Made by a program: the position numbers and the translations under genes. From a virus, in IMG/VR virus record IMGVR_UViG_3300025362_000004, positions 32,001-96,000 of that record: a stretch of 64,000 nt of DNA. The stretch is one strand, 5' to 3'. Of this stretch, positions 10,131-20,145 are shown in pieces; positions within the stretch are counted from its first letter, which is position 1; every line of letters starts with the position of its first letter. A model generated the notes under the pieces. That model was not told the origin of the DNA and did no database searches. It saw nothing but the letters and a program-made list of their open reading frames with translations.

Positions 10131-10240
10131 AGAGTTTTTTGCTTTTAATTTAATTAGGTTGTCTGCGGTAGACAACCGCATAAGTTTGACAAGTTTCTTT
10201 GTATATGGTATAATATAAGTATAGAAAAGGGGTAATAAAT

Positions 10241-10669
10241 ATGTTAAATGTAAATGTAGTAGACACTTACAGCGCGAGGGCGCTTGTCCGTGATTTTAGA
10301 ACTATCTATAGCAAGGTAGGGACATCAATTTTTAGGTCTAAAGAGGTTGGCGAACATTATCGCGCTGAATTAGAAAAGTTAAAAAGATACGGTCTTTGTA
10401 GAGTTGTAGAAACAAGACATCAACAAGTAGTAGATACAAGCCGTTGTTACAGAAACGATATGACTTTGGTAAATACAAGAAACCAAGATACAGTCGATGA
10501 AATTGAAAACGCCGTAGAGGGCGAAACTTACAAAGCCGTAAAAGGTAGAGTAATTAAAGGCGAGTTTTATACATACCAATTAACTTGTAATAGTATTAGT
10601 GACTTAATTGATGAAATCGAAAACCAATTATTCAAAGCCGGAAAAGATTTAAGAATGCATTTTTGTTAA
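10241..10669 (+). CDS. Hypothetical protein, related to the 8290 ORF
   Basis: LEKLKRYGLCRVVE...YTYQL pattern. Confidence 0.8.
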   Translation: MLNVNVVDTYSARALVRDFRTIYSKVGTSIFRSKEVGEHYRAELEKLKRYGLCRVVETRHQQVVDTSRCYRNDMTLVNTRNQDTVDEIENAVEGETYKAVKGRVIKGEFYTYQLTCNSISDLIDEIENQLFKAGKDLRMHFC

Positions 10670-10794
10670 AAGACCGAAAGGTCTTTTTTTGTTTTTGAGG
10701 TGGTTGTCTGCCGTAGACAACCTATTCAGAAGAAAATAAATTGACAAATGTTCGGCGATATGGTATAATCAGTATATAGAAAAGGGGTATTATT

Positions 10795-11085
10795 ATGAAA
10801 AAAATAAAAAAAGCATTAGACTTAATAGAAAATGAATTCTCAAAAATAATTGCAAAAATTACGGAAGATCTTGGGGTTGTAGTTTACTATTATGGCAAAT
10901 TAGAATTTCATCATGGGGTAGAATTTATCCAAAAAATTGAGTTTACAAGAAGTGACGAAGAATTCCTTTTTTACTTGACAGCAAATATAAAAGATATGAA
11001 ATTTAAAGCCGATATAAATAATATATTTCATCATAATTCATTTGAATTTGAAACTGTAAAGAGAATTGTAAAAGACTTTAACTAG
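10795..11085 (+). CDS. Hypothetical early protein
   Basis: Cassette promoter and RBS. Confidence 0.8.
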   Translation: MKKIKKALDLIENEFSKIIAKITEDLGVVVYYYGKLEFHHGVEFIQKIEFTRSDEEFLFYLTANIKDMKFKADINNIFHHNSFEFETVKRIVKDFN

Positions 11086-11188
11086 TCTTTTTTAAAAATT
11101 AAAGTGGTTGTCTGCCGTAGACAACCGCATTTGTTTGACTTAAAACGTTATGTATGATATAATATAAGTATAGAAAAGGGGTATCAAA

Positions 11189-11578
11189 ATGAAAAAAATG
11201 TTATTATTATTAGTAGTATTAGTTATTGGGTTCGGTTTTGTAGGTTGCGACCAAGCGAGTGTGGCCGCCGATAATATCAGCACAGGTGCAGACAATTTTG
11301 AAGTTCTTAGAAAAGTAGTTTTCTATAATGGGATTACAGACGAGTATATGTATGCAATTGAAGGCTATTGTTCTATCAAGCAAGACAACATTGATAATCA
11401 ATTAGAAGTAACTTGTAAAACGGGCGAAGACGCCTATGTAAAACACTATTTATATTTGAGTGATAATATCACATACATGGTTATTCAGTTAGAGACTGTC
11501 AATGTAGACACCTATCATTATAGGTTTATTTTAAGACCGAATGTTTTAATTCCTGATATTGAAGTCGATTTACCGTAG
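11189..11578 (+). CDS. Conserved phage lipoprotein
   Basis: Lipobox FVGC; ADNFEV.R.VVFYNGITD.Y..IEGYCSI motif. Confidence 0.85.
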   Translation: MKKMLLLLVVLVIGFGFVGCDQASVAADNISTGADNFEVLRKVVFYNGITDEYMYAIEGYCSIKQDNIDNQLEVTCKTGEDAYVKHYLYLSDNITYMVIQLETVNVDTYHYRFILRPNVLIPDIEVDLP

Positions 11579-11696
11579 TTAAATTAAGACCTTCGGGTCT
11601 TTTTTTTGTGAGTTGAATGGTTGTCTGCCGTAGACAACCGCATTTATTTGACTTAAAGCGTTGTGTATGGTATAATATATGTATGAGGTGATAGGT

Positions 11697-12110
11697 GTGG
11701 AAAAGTTAATATTTGAAGATAAAATGAGTGGTATTAGAGTTAATTTAAGTAAAGAATTAAGAGAAGAAATGAACGAGATAACAATGGGCTTAGATTATAT
11801 GACACCGAAAGACGTCCCTGATTTTGTTTTGTACGGTATTTGGTGGAGTTTTAAAGGTATGTTTTTAGAGATACTTTTTGAGAAAGACAGTACTAACGTA
11901 AAACTTAGAAAATCTGGTAAAACTGAAGAAATTTTAGTTAGTGAGTATTATTCTAAAAGTCTCTTTGACAGTTTAGTTGGTATGCTAGATAACGACGACC
12001 AAATAAAAGTTTGGCTATATACAAATCGCAAAGACATTTGGGAACAATTAGTTGATAAATTCGGTAGCGAAAAAAATGTGTTTGACGAATATATTAGATT
12101 TAACCATTAG
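11697..12110 (+). CDS. Hypothetical early protein
   Basis: Cassette promoter, GAGGTG RBS, GTG start. Confidence 0.75.
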   Translation: MEKLIFEDKMSGIRVNLSKELREEMNEITMGLDYMTPKDVPDFVLYGIWWSFKGMFLEILFEKDSTNVKLRKSGKTEEILVSEYYSKSLFDSLVGMLDNDDQIKVWLYTNRKDIWEQLVDKFGSEKNVFDEYIRFNH

Positions 12111-12222
12111 GTTAAATCTTTTTTATTTTAAGGTGGTTGTCTGCCGTAGACAACCTAAAATAATTGACAATTTAAAATATATATGATATAATATGTATAT
12201 AGAATTAAAAAGGAGAAATAAT

Positions 12223-12615
12223 ATGAAAAAGATTTATGCGTTCGGTTTCACCTACGATGATTTTGCGGACGGTGGTTTTAGTCCTAATTTTATTAGTTTT
12301 AGTAAAGAAGAATGTTTTAATAAATTAAAAAAAGAAAATAATGACTATGCAGTTGTGTCCTATGATTTTGAAAAAGATTTTGATTATGACGAAATTGAAA
12401 TAATTGCTATTGTTAGAGATGGCCAATTTACTATTTTAACAGATTTAGAAGAATTAAAAGAAAAAGCATTTCAGTTGGGTAAAAATTTAATATCAACTAT
12501 GAACATTATTAACGAACCAAATGAAGAACAATATACTTTCATAGATAATGAGTTTAAAAAAATGGGTTTACCAAATTTTGCTTCATTCCAAGTTTTTGAA
12601 AGGCTTTTTACATAA
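12223..12615 (+). CDS. Hypothetical early protein
   Basis: Cassette promoter and AGGAG RBS. Confidence 0.85.
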   Translation: MKKIYAFGFTYDDFADGGFSPNFISFSKEECFNKLKKENNDYAVVSYDFEKDFDYDEIEIIAIVRDGQFTILTDLEELKEKAFQLGKNLISTMNIINEPNEEQYTFIDNEFKKMGLPNFASFQVFERLFT

Positions 12616-12785
12616 GCCTTTTTTTTATAAATTGTATGGTTGTCTGCCGTAGACAACCAATTAGTTGAATGTTTAGGTTGTCTGCCAAAAATGAACGAAT
12701 AAAGGAATGAGTTTACTTTTCGTTCACTGTTCAGGAGAAAAATAAATATACGCCGACCGTTATTTACCATACCAAGAAAACCCCA

Positions 12786-12897
12786 TTCATTATTCACTAT
12801 TCATTATACGCAAGAACACCGTGCCGTTCATTATTCATTATTAACACGCAAGAAGCAGCAGGCCTATGTTCATTATTCATTATTAAACACGCAAGAG
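12786..12897. repeat. Three TTCATTATTCA...ACGCAAGA direct repeats (iteron-like)
   Basis: Read directly; AT-rich flanks. Confidence 0.75.
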
Positions 12898-13011
12898 TGA
12901 ACTAAAAATTATTTTATTTTTTATTTCTAAATACACTTGACAAAGTTGCCGAAATATGGTATAATATATATAAGAGATAAGGAAAATATTTTATCTCAAA
13001 AAGGGGTAATA

Positions 13012-13410
13012 ATGAAAAATTTAGAAAAGTTGTTTAATGAATTAAGAGTAAGTGAAATTCAAGTTTCCAAGCGTAAAGGTGCAAAAGTAATCAGTCAGAA
13101 ACAGTTGTCCACTATTAAACAGTCAATCATGAACGCAATATTGAATGATATCAAAGAGGTATTAAGTGAATCTGAGTTCGTGGGTATTAACGAAAACGGC
13201 ATTGTAATTGAAATAATGAACGACCAAGTTGACTCATTATCATTTGAAATGAATCCTAAAATTAAAGGTTTAGAGTTCGACGCTTACTATTCAGTATTGG
13301 ACTTCAATATGGAACAAGAAGCCAAACGTGAACGTGCGGCTCAACGAAAGAAAGATGCCAAAGCGAAATTCACTAATGCGCAAGCACAAAGGAAAACTAC
13401 TGCAAAGTAG
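13012..13410 (+). CDS. Hypothetical protein (paralog family B)
   Basis: SFEMNPKIKGLEFDA core and basic tail. Confidence 0.85.
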   Translation: MKNLEKLFNELRVSEIQVSKRKGAKVISQKQLSTIKQSIMNAILNDIKEVLSESEFVGINENGIVIEIMNDQVDSLSFEMNPKIKGLEFDAYYSVLDFNMEQEAKRERAAQRKKDAKAKFTNAQAQRKTTAK

Positions 13411-13969
13411 TTTTTTTTTGCAACATTATGAGTCAATAATGAATGTTCATTTTTATTATTATATGATTAATAATGAATAAAAATCACCTATTTTAGCCCA
13501 TTTTAGTGCATTTTATGCGTATTTTACGCCATTTTACATCATTTTAGTACAAAAATGAACAATAATCGTTCATTATTAATGATTATTGTTATTAAATAAA
13601 CGTGAATATAATGTGGTAATGTTTACTTAGTTTTATCCTCGTTGCCAAAACGTGACAACGTGAGACTATCGATACTCGATGGATCAGGTGTACCGTACGA
13701 ACCGCCGCATAGTCTACATATATTCACGCAAGAACACGCAAGGTTTTTGGAATTGTAGATTTGACTTTTTATGTAGTCTGTGATATACTTATAGTATAAA
13801 GAGTAAGAGATAAAGTGAGAAAAGGTTCTATCTAACTTGGTAACTACCATAAAGTAATGGAAATATAAACTTGACTTTATATCTAATCTATGATATACTA
13901 TATATGTAATAGAGTAGAGATACTTTATATACACTTGGTAGGCAAACCCTACCCGAAAGGAGAATTACA

Positions 13970-14215
13970 ATGGCTAAAGGTAAATTGACTGAAGGAACTG
14001 CGAACGCGTTAGAGGCATTAAAGGGCTTAGGCGGAAAAGCAACTTTCGCAGATGTTAAAGCAACTGGTGCTAAAGTAGGTACTTCTAACTTCACTGCATT
14101 GGTAAATGCTGGGTTAGTAACTGCTGAAAAAGTAACCAAAGTTAAGACTGTTGAGTACGAAGTTAACGAGTACACAGTAGTTGAAGTTGAAGCAACTGAA
14201 GAAGTTGCTGAGTAA
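13970..14215 (+). CDS. Winged-helix-like protein (paralog family A)
   Basis: LTEGTANALEALK...FTALVNAGLV...NEY; strongly biased codon usage. Confidence 0.8.
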   Translation: MAKGKLTEGTANALEALKGLGGKATFADVKATGAKVGTSNFTALVNAGLVTAEKVTKVKTVEYEVNEYTVVEVEATEEVAE

Positions 14216-14265
14216 TACCCCACCTGAATAAATAGAGTTGGGGAGTGCCGAACTCCCCGTTACAT

Positions 14266-14342
14266 GCTCCCATAGACAAAACGGTAAAGTCACTAGGCTT
14301 TCAACCTAGAATTTGCGGGTTCAAACCCCGTTGGGAACACCA
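14266..14342 (+). tRNA. tRNA-Glu(TTC)
   Basis: Cloverleaf, loop CTTTCAA, CCA end. Confidence 0.9.
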
Positions 14343-14346
14343 AATG

Positions 14347-14405
14347 GCCAATATGCGAATGGTCGCAACCAATTCGCCGCAGGGCTAAACCCTGCTAGGT
14401 CTCCA
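14347..14405 (+). ncRNA. D-armless tRNA-Cys-like RNA
   Basis: GGC start, GCA in hairpin loop, T-like arm, U73-CCA end. Confidence 0.4.
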
Positions 14406-14485
14406 AAACGAGCGAAAGTCGTCCAGCCAAGGGCGTAACTCTTCTTGAGCTTCTCTAGAGTATAAAGAAAGAAAGGCTCACCCAT

Positions 14486-14567
14486 GGGGTTGTAAGGGTT
14501 CGACAGTATTGTAAACCAACAAACGGAGCAATGCTGGACAGGGGTTCAACTCCCCTCAATTCCACCA
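14486..14567 (+). ncRNA. Mini-tmRNA: tRNA-like domain only, no tag reading frame
   Basis: GGGG..TTCGAC 5' end, 9-bp P2 hairpin, GAC.GGGGTTCAACTCCCC T arm, G3-U70, TCCACCA end. Confidence 0.8.
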
Positions 14568-14624
14568 ATAACTGGAATATAGATTTGACTTTATTAGTAA
14601 TCTATGATATAATTATAATATAAG

Positions 14625-15525
14625 AAAAAGAAAAAAATAATTTTAGTCGCCTGAGCACTAACAGGTTCCATAATCTTAGGAATAATTAACCCGTATGAGT
14701 AGGAATAAAATATCAGCGATAGACCATTGGGAAAGATACGGATAGTTCGCGCCGTTCTAAAGACTAAATTATAATTTTCTCTATTGCACTGAGTGTTAGG
14801 TTCCCCCTAAGCCTAGCCCCGAGTGGAGCAGAGAAATACTGCATAGTCAGAGTAACGCCTGTATAAATCTCGCGTTTGAAAAAAGGGAATGGAGAGTAAC
14901 AGCCCTAGAAAAGACTTTCCGCGTTCGGGCTTGTGTTACTAATTTTATGGAGCCTTGCTACCCAGCAAAATCAAAAAAAATAGCGATAGGTTGTGAGCTT
15001 AATGAGGTTGAAAGAATACCAAACCAAACTCTCCTATATGTCGCATAGCTCAATTGGATAGAGCAACTTTAAATAAGAGACAGGGTTTGATTCCCCAAAC
15101 GGCACCGTGGCAGTAGATGGAGCTGACTGGATAAAACTACCGAGTGTGAGGACGCACTATAAACACAGTCACCTGACCAGTTTGAAATCTGGTGTATCAA
15201 AATTTATTGCGTGGTCTTAGGAAAGGCGCCCCAATAGGGGAGAAGTTGGTTCGATTCCATCCGCAACGGGGTAGCTCCCCATGTCCTGCAGGACTATAGT
15301 CTTTTAGTGTTTTATATACTCTTAATAAATCACTGTGTATGGGTTCCACCAGAAAACCTAGGCCTAAGAGTTCGGCCTTCAGAATTGAATCGGAGGAGCG
15401 GCAACCTCGGCGCAGAAAACCGCCCTTAATTTATAAGAATCTGCATTATCGTTTATATAAGACGACTGGGCGTCTATAAAAATTCCCTATACTTTAAAAG
15501 CTATCCTTTATTGGATAGCTTTTTT
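14625..15525 (+). ncRNA. Non-coding transcript with several structured elements and a degenerate tRNA (15040-15106)
   Basis: Promoter at ~14585, no ORF of 60 aa or more, terminator 15497-15525. Confidence 0.45.
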
Positions 15526-15659
15526 CTATAACATTCCCTCCCAATAATGAATATTCATTTTTAATATTCAATAATAAAAATAAACAAAAATATGCCTCTA
15601 AAAGCGAAAATAAAAAATTTTCGTATTTAGCCACGCAAATTATCGATTATCGATAAACC

Positions 15660-16040
15660 AATAAAAAAGAAGACAACACTTTGGTTTCCACACCATACAT
15701 GTTATCTTCTCTTTTGCCACTTTTCGCTGGCAACGCTGGATACGTATCTCGAGCTCGTTCATCCTAGTTAAACGTCGTTGGTAAACAAGTCTTGGGTTAG
15801 TCTCGACGGCATGATGTTTTCGCGCACATGCTTTACTACACCTCACATTTTATAGAGCTAGAGGTTTCCTACCGCTTTTATGGTACGTTTAAAGCTGGTT
15901 AAATTCCGTGTCCTTTACGAGACAAGTCGTCGCTACTTATTGAGCAATAGTCAAATCTCTTTTGCCGACTAAACAAGGCAGATTATTCCCTTTGTATAAA
16001 GAAAAATACTCAAGTAATTACTCTCTTTCTTTATCTTTAT
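15660..16040 (-). ncRNA. Putative ~380-nt ncRNA
   Basis: Minus-strand promoter (~16045-16080), GC-richer structured body, terminator with T-run at ~15660. Confidence 0.45.
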
Positions 16041-16469
16041 AACTAATTATATCATAGATTAAGTAAAAAGTCAAATCTAAAAAAATAAAATATTTTTGTG
16101 GCTCTATTATCGACTATCGATAGTGCTATGACTAACTAAAAATTCATCGATATTATAATGATAGGTTAATTTTTCTCTATATTCTGGCTTCCCTAAAGCA
16201 ACAAAATCGCAATCCCGAACTCCAACCACAATTCACAATTTCCTCTCTCTGAGGGTAATTGATGCGGCGATACGGTCAATCGTTTCTATTACTCCTGAAT
16301 AACAACTCACCTAGTCTCTTAAGTCTGAGTTTACTTACTCTCAAGTGCTTTCTTAATGCGTTTAAATTCCTCTGTATTCCTTATCCATTCCCAGCTATCC
16401 TTACCAGTATCCACATTTAACAAACTTATTACTCCTTCACCAAGCCACTCTAAATCATTCAGTAATCTG

Positions 16470-16757
16470 TTATTTTCCATCATTTTTCTCCAACTCGTTT
16501 ACTTTCTCTTCGAATACTTCAATCACAAAACATATCGCAAGGTTAAATATATCAGTTGCAACGTTTTCTAGATTATCTTGAACCATAATAATACGCTCAA
16601 TTTGTTCCTTAGCTTCTTTGCATTCAGGAGAATCTATTCCCTTAAACATTGTCACAAGTTTATAATGTTCTATTGCTATTAATTTTGCTTCCTCTAATTC
16701 ATTTAATATAAGAATATAAGCTTTTGCTCGTTTTCTTTCAATTCTACTTTTTCCCAT
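16470..16757 (-). CDS. Hypothetical protein
   Basis: ORF with RBS. Confidence 0.75.
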   Translation of the reverse strand: MGKSRIERKRAKAYILILNELEEAKLIAIEHYKLVTMFKGIDSPECKEAKEQIERIIMVQDNLENVATDIFNLAICFVIEVFEEKVNELEKNDGK

Positions 16758-17260
16758 TTATTTCAATTTCCTTTCGTTAATTTTTATAATGCTTCGTTTA
16801 CTTTTGCTATTTCGTATCTAAGTGGTTATGCTTCGCCAGAGCTATCCATAGTCAGAAAAAGTGCGCCCGAAGATTGATTTAGACACGCCCAAGGGAATGA
16901 GCTCGGAGAGCGATTTTCCTTGTCCCCCTTGGGGGGTTGGGGGCAACTAACCTAAGAGCCTCGGTGCGGCTACTTCAACTTAATATAGAGCGGGAGTGGA
17001 AATGAGATTACATACCCCACCCCTACCCCTCCCAAGGGAGGGGATTCAAGACGTCAGGCCTTCGGCCTTCGTCATATCAGGAGAATAAATAAATTTCGGC
17101 TTAATTCCTTTTATGATAGGTTTAGGTCGGTGAAACAAATTATATTAAGATATAGTCCTACGGACGTTATCGAAGACTTAGCAGTCTTCTATTAATATTA
17201 TAACATAATCTTAAAACTTTTACAAATTTGCCACTATTTTTTTCATATTTTTCTTGTAGG

Positions 17261-18148
17261 TCACTCTTTATCCTCAATAATCTCCCATAATTTTATATAA
17301 TTCCAAGTAATTTGTAACTCTTTTTCAATATCATTTAATTCAACGTTTTTAAAAGCCTTCGTTGTATCTATTACATCAAGTCTTTTTAGCATGGCAATAG
17401 AATTTAGCTTCGGATTATTAGTATATCTGATACCAATAGGATTGCCATTATACTTACCTGCGGTTTTACGCTCTCCACGAAGGAAACCATAAAAGTTACC
17501 ACTATCAACTTCTAACTCTTGTGCGGCTTTGTAGGCTGTAAGATAAGTTCCTATTATTTGTTTACTATTCATATTATATACTTCCACTCCATTAGTAAAT
17601 TCAAGAGTTTGCATACGCCTACTTAAATGATTTTCTATATTTACTTTACTAAAATCTTTAACGAAAGCGAAAGTAAAACCATTTGCAATAAAATGACCAT
17701 CTTTTCTATGACATATATTTGAAATACTCGTTGGGGCGATATCCAACTTTTTACCCATAGCTGTTACACTATCTTCTTGAGAAATTATTTCAAATGTCCA
17801 AGCGTGTATTTGGTATACAGGCTTAGAATTTTTCTTGCTCAAACCACCCATACTTCGACCACCATTTGCTATATTATAACCTTTTGGTATCTTAGTGTCA
17901 AAATTAGAAATATAAAATATTTCCTTATCATCTAATTCGCTGTTCGGAATGTCGCCTTCGACTTCCTCAATTTTAAACTTATCAAAGCCATATTTTACCA
18001 TTGCAGATAAGATTGCTGAGTTATGCGAAATACTAGCAGATTTATGCCCGTATTTATAATTATTCCAACGATTTCCAATTGCTTGAGTTGTAAGCCCAAT
18101 ATAAATCTTATCATTTACTGAATTTGTTATTTTGTATATAAAACCCAT
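17261..18148 (-). CDS. GIY-YIG homing endonuclease with NUMOD1-like repeats
   Basis: FIYKITN...YIG...E......GYN motifs. Confidence 0.9.
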   Translation of the reverse strand: MGFIYKITNSVNDKIYIGLTTQAIGNRWNNYKYGHKSASISHNSAILSAMVKYGFDKFKIEEVEGDIPNSELDDKEIFYISNFDTKIPKGYNIANGGRSMGGLSKKNSKPVYQIHAWTFEIISQEDSVTAMGKKLDIAPTSISNICHRKDGHFIANGFTFAFVKDFSKVNIENHLSRRMQTLEFTNGVEVYNMNSKQIIGTYLTAYKAAQELEVDSGNFYGFLRGERKTAGKYNGNPIGIRYTNNPKLNSIAMLKRLDVIDTTKAFKNVELNDIEKELQITWNYIKLWEIIEDKE

Positions 18149-18308
18149 TAAATCACCTCTTTTATCTTTATAATATAATTATACCATAAAGTGCATTTAA
18201 TGTCAAATTTAGAAAATTTTTAATGGAATAAATTTTAATCTATTCAGCCGCGAGCGGTGTAACCAGAGTATATATTTTTGATACACCGCGTGCGGCGATT
18301 TAGGCTTA

Positions 18309-18557
18309 TTAAGCGACCTTTATATCTTCTTCTCTACGAACAAAATATCCAGTTTTTAATCCAAAGGTAACAATCCCTTGATAGAAAGCAGTTAAATAAT
18401 TTAACATACCTAAATAACCACCACTTGCAATCACTTCTTTGTCTAACAATATTTGTAATTGAATTTCTGTGGTAAAATTAATTTCTATATCAATGTTTAC
18501 TTCTCGTATTTTGTTTATAATTCCGTTTATTTGATTAATTGCTTGTTGTAATTCCAT
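18309..18557 (-). CDS. Hypothetical protein
   Basis: ORF in the minus-strand operon. Confidence 0.7.
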   Translation of the reverse strand: MELQQAINQINGIINKIREVNIDIEINFTTEIQLQILLDKEVIASGGYLGMLNYLTAFYQGIVTFGLKTGYFVRREEDIKVA

Positions 18558-18738
18558 GCGGCGACCTACCCTCTATAATACTTATCTATGACGATAAATA
18601 AATTCACTAAATTAACTCCAAATACCAAACCATAAAAAAATGCAGATATGGCAAAACCTGAAATTATAGCCGATATACCTAATGTTAAGGTGAAGATTAT
18701 AAGAAGAATAGTTATTTCTAATAATGCATATTTACTCA

Positions 18739-19023
18739 TTATTCCACCAAACTAACTCTGATATAATCTACATCTTCATCATCAGATATTCTATCTATTA
18801 CATAATTGTCTTGAAAACCTAATTCATACAAGATAGTAGCCATACATTTTTCTTGTATAAGAACTTCAACTAAACTCCAAGTTCTTTCTTCAGAATCTTT
18901 TATCATACTAGCAACATATAAAGGATTATATATTTCATGCATTTTCTTTATAATGTCGGCTTCTGTTGCTTCAAAATCCTTTTCATAATAAATTCTTTTT
19001 GAATATTCTACTTTAAATTTCAT
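18739..19023 (-). CDS. Hypothetical protein
   Basis: GGAGG RBS before MKFK. Confidence 0.75.
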   Translation of the reverse strand: MKFKVEYSKRIYYEKDFEATEADIIKKMHEIYNPLYVASMIKDSEERTWSLVEVLIQEKCMATILYELGFQDNYVIDRISDDEDVDYIRVSLVE

Positions 19024-19071
19024 TGCATTCCTCCAATATCTGTCTTGTTTTTCTATTTTCATAATTATCTC

Positions 19072-19437
19072 CTATAATCCCATTACTATTGAAATTAAAT
19101 CATTTCTAATATCTTCTGTTAAACCAATATTTTCACCCTTAATTGAGGCTATTATCAATTTTTTTACAAAATCATTCATTCTTGGTTCAATAGATTTTCT
19201 ACCATCTAAAAATTCTTGTATTTTATCTACTTCTTTATTCCAATTTTGGATAGCACGCTTAGGTGCTTTAATTTCTTTGTCTCTATCATAAATATCATCT
19301 GCAGATGCTTGTATTATTCCACATTTAGGACATTTATACATATAGTTTGTCTGGCCTGGATAGCCATGTCCATTACCTCTTCCCATATCTTTTGCTACTA
19401 ATTGCGGCTCTGCGCCACATATTGCACAATTTTTCAT
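19072..19437 (-). CDS. Lar-like restriction-alleviation zinc-finger protein
   Basis: CAICG...CPKCG...AIQNWN pattern. Confidence 0.65.
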   Translation of the reverse strand: MKNCAICGAEPQLVAKDMGRGNGHGYPGQTNYMYKCPKCGIIQASADDIYDRDKEIKAPKRAIQNWNKEVDKIQEFLDGRKSIEPRMNDFVKKLIIASIKGENIGLTEDIRNDLISIVMGL

Positions 19438-19530
19438 AGTTTCCTTCCTTTTCTTTTCGTTATAATGAAAACACTGTTTCAAGTGTCCAAGATAAAACAT
19501 TCTCTGGAGTATATATTTTAAGTGTTAACA

Positions 19531-19713
19531 TTAGTATTCCCTCTGTAATTCCGATTTTAATTCTTTAATTTTTTGTTTAGTTTCAGCAATTCTGCGCTTA
19601 AGAAAAGATATTACTTCTACTTCTTTATAACAAGTAAAGAATAATCTATTTTTAAACATTTCTAAGTCTTGCTCTAATTCTTTAATTTTTCTTTTTTTAT
19701 TAAATTTATTCAT
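19531..19713 (-). CDS. Small coiled-coil protein
   Basis: Promoter and RBS. Confidence 0.7.
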   Translation of the reverse strand: MNKFNKKRKIKELEQDLEMFKNRLFFTCYKEVEVISFLKRRIAETKQKIKELKSELQREY

Positions 19714-19881
19714 TTTATTTCTCCATGTTCTTATATCTTATACTATAATTATAACATAGACTATTAAAAAAATCAAATCTAAAATTCCATTTCAGTAGAA
19801 AAGAAAAGATTTAATTCTTGATACACCGCGTGCGGCGACTTAAGCCTAATTCATATATTTGGAATATCGTTACGCAATACT

Positions 19882-20145
19882 TTATATTCGATATTCCCAT
19901 GAGATTTTGTATCCTTGAACTCTACAAAAATCTACTTCGCTATAAACTGGCTTTACATAATAACCTTTATGAGTTAAAAAATCTCTTAAAGAAGGATGCA
20001 TTTGTCGATACTGTCCTGTTGTATAAATAATTTTATATTCACCTTTTTCAGCGGCTTTTATAATTCCATTCTCTATCTTTGTAATCTGTTCATGTAATTC
20101 ATTATAGCAATCCGCTATCTCTAATGCTTCTTTTGCTCTAATCAT
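19882..20145 (-). CDS. Hypothetical protein
   Basis: MIRAKEA...GY...YKISW pattern, common in phages. Confidence 0.75.
   Translation of the reverse strand: MIRAKEALEIADCYNELHEQITKIENGIIKAAEKGEYKIIYTTGQYRQMHPSLRDFLTHKGYYVKPVYSEVDFCRVQGYKISWEYRI

Larger units (their letters stand above)
2353..12658 (+). repeat. Array of 21 dispersed 21-bp palindromes GGTTGTCT-N5-AGACAACC, all but the last directly upstream of a sigma70-type promoter
   Basis: Copies at 2353, 2808, 3194, 3400, 3829, 4239, 4665, 5404, 5823, 6248, 6807, 7399, 8205, 8887, 9286, 10157, 10702, 11106, 11619, 12135, 12638. Confidence 0.97.

Noticed and set aside
2353-12658. CRISPR array or classical integron attC array
   Set aside because: Intervals are 0.2-0.9 kb promoter-bearing genes; the sites lack attC R/L box structure; no integron integrase in the window
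17147-17158. Group I intron S element AAGATATAGTCC
   Set aside because: No matching P7 partner, no interrupted gene, and local transcription is on the opposite strand
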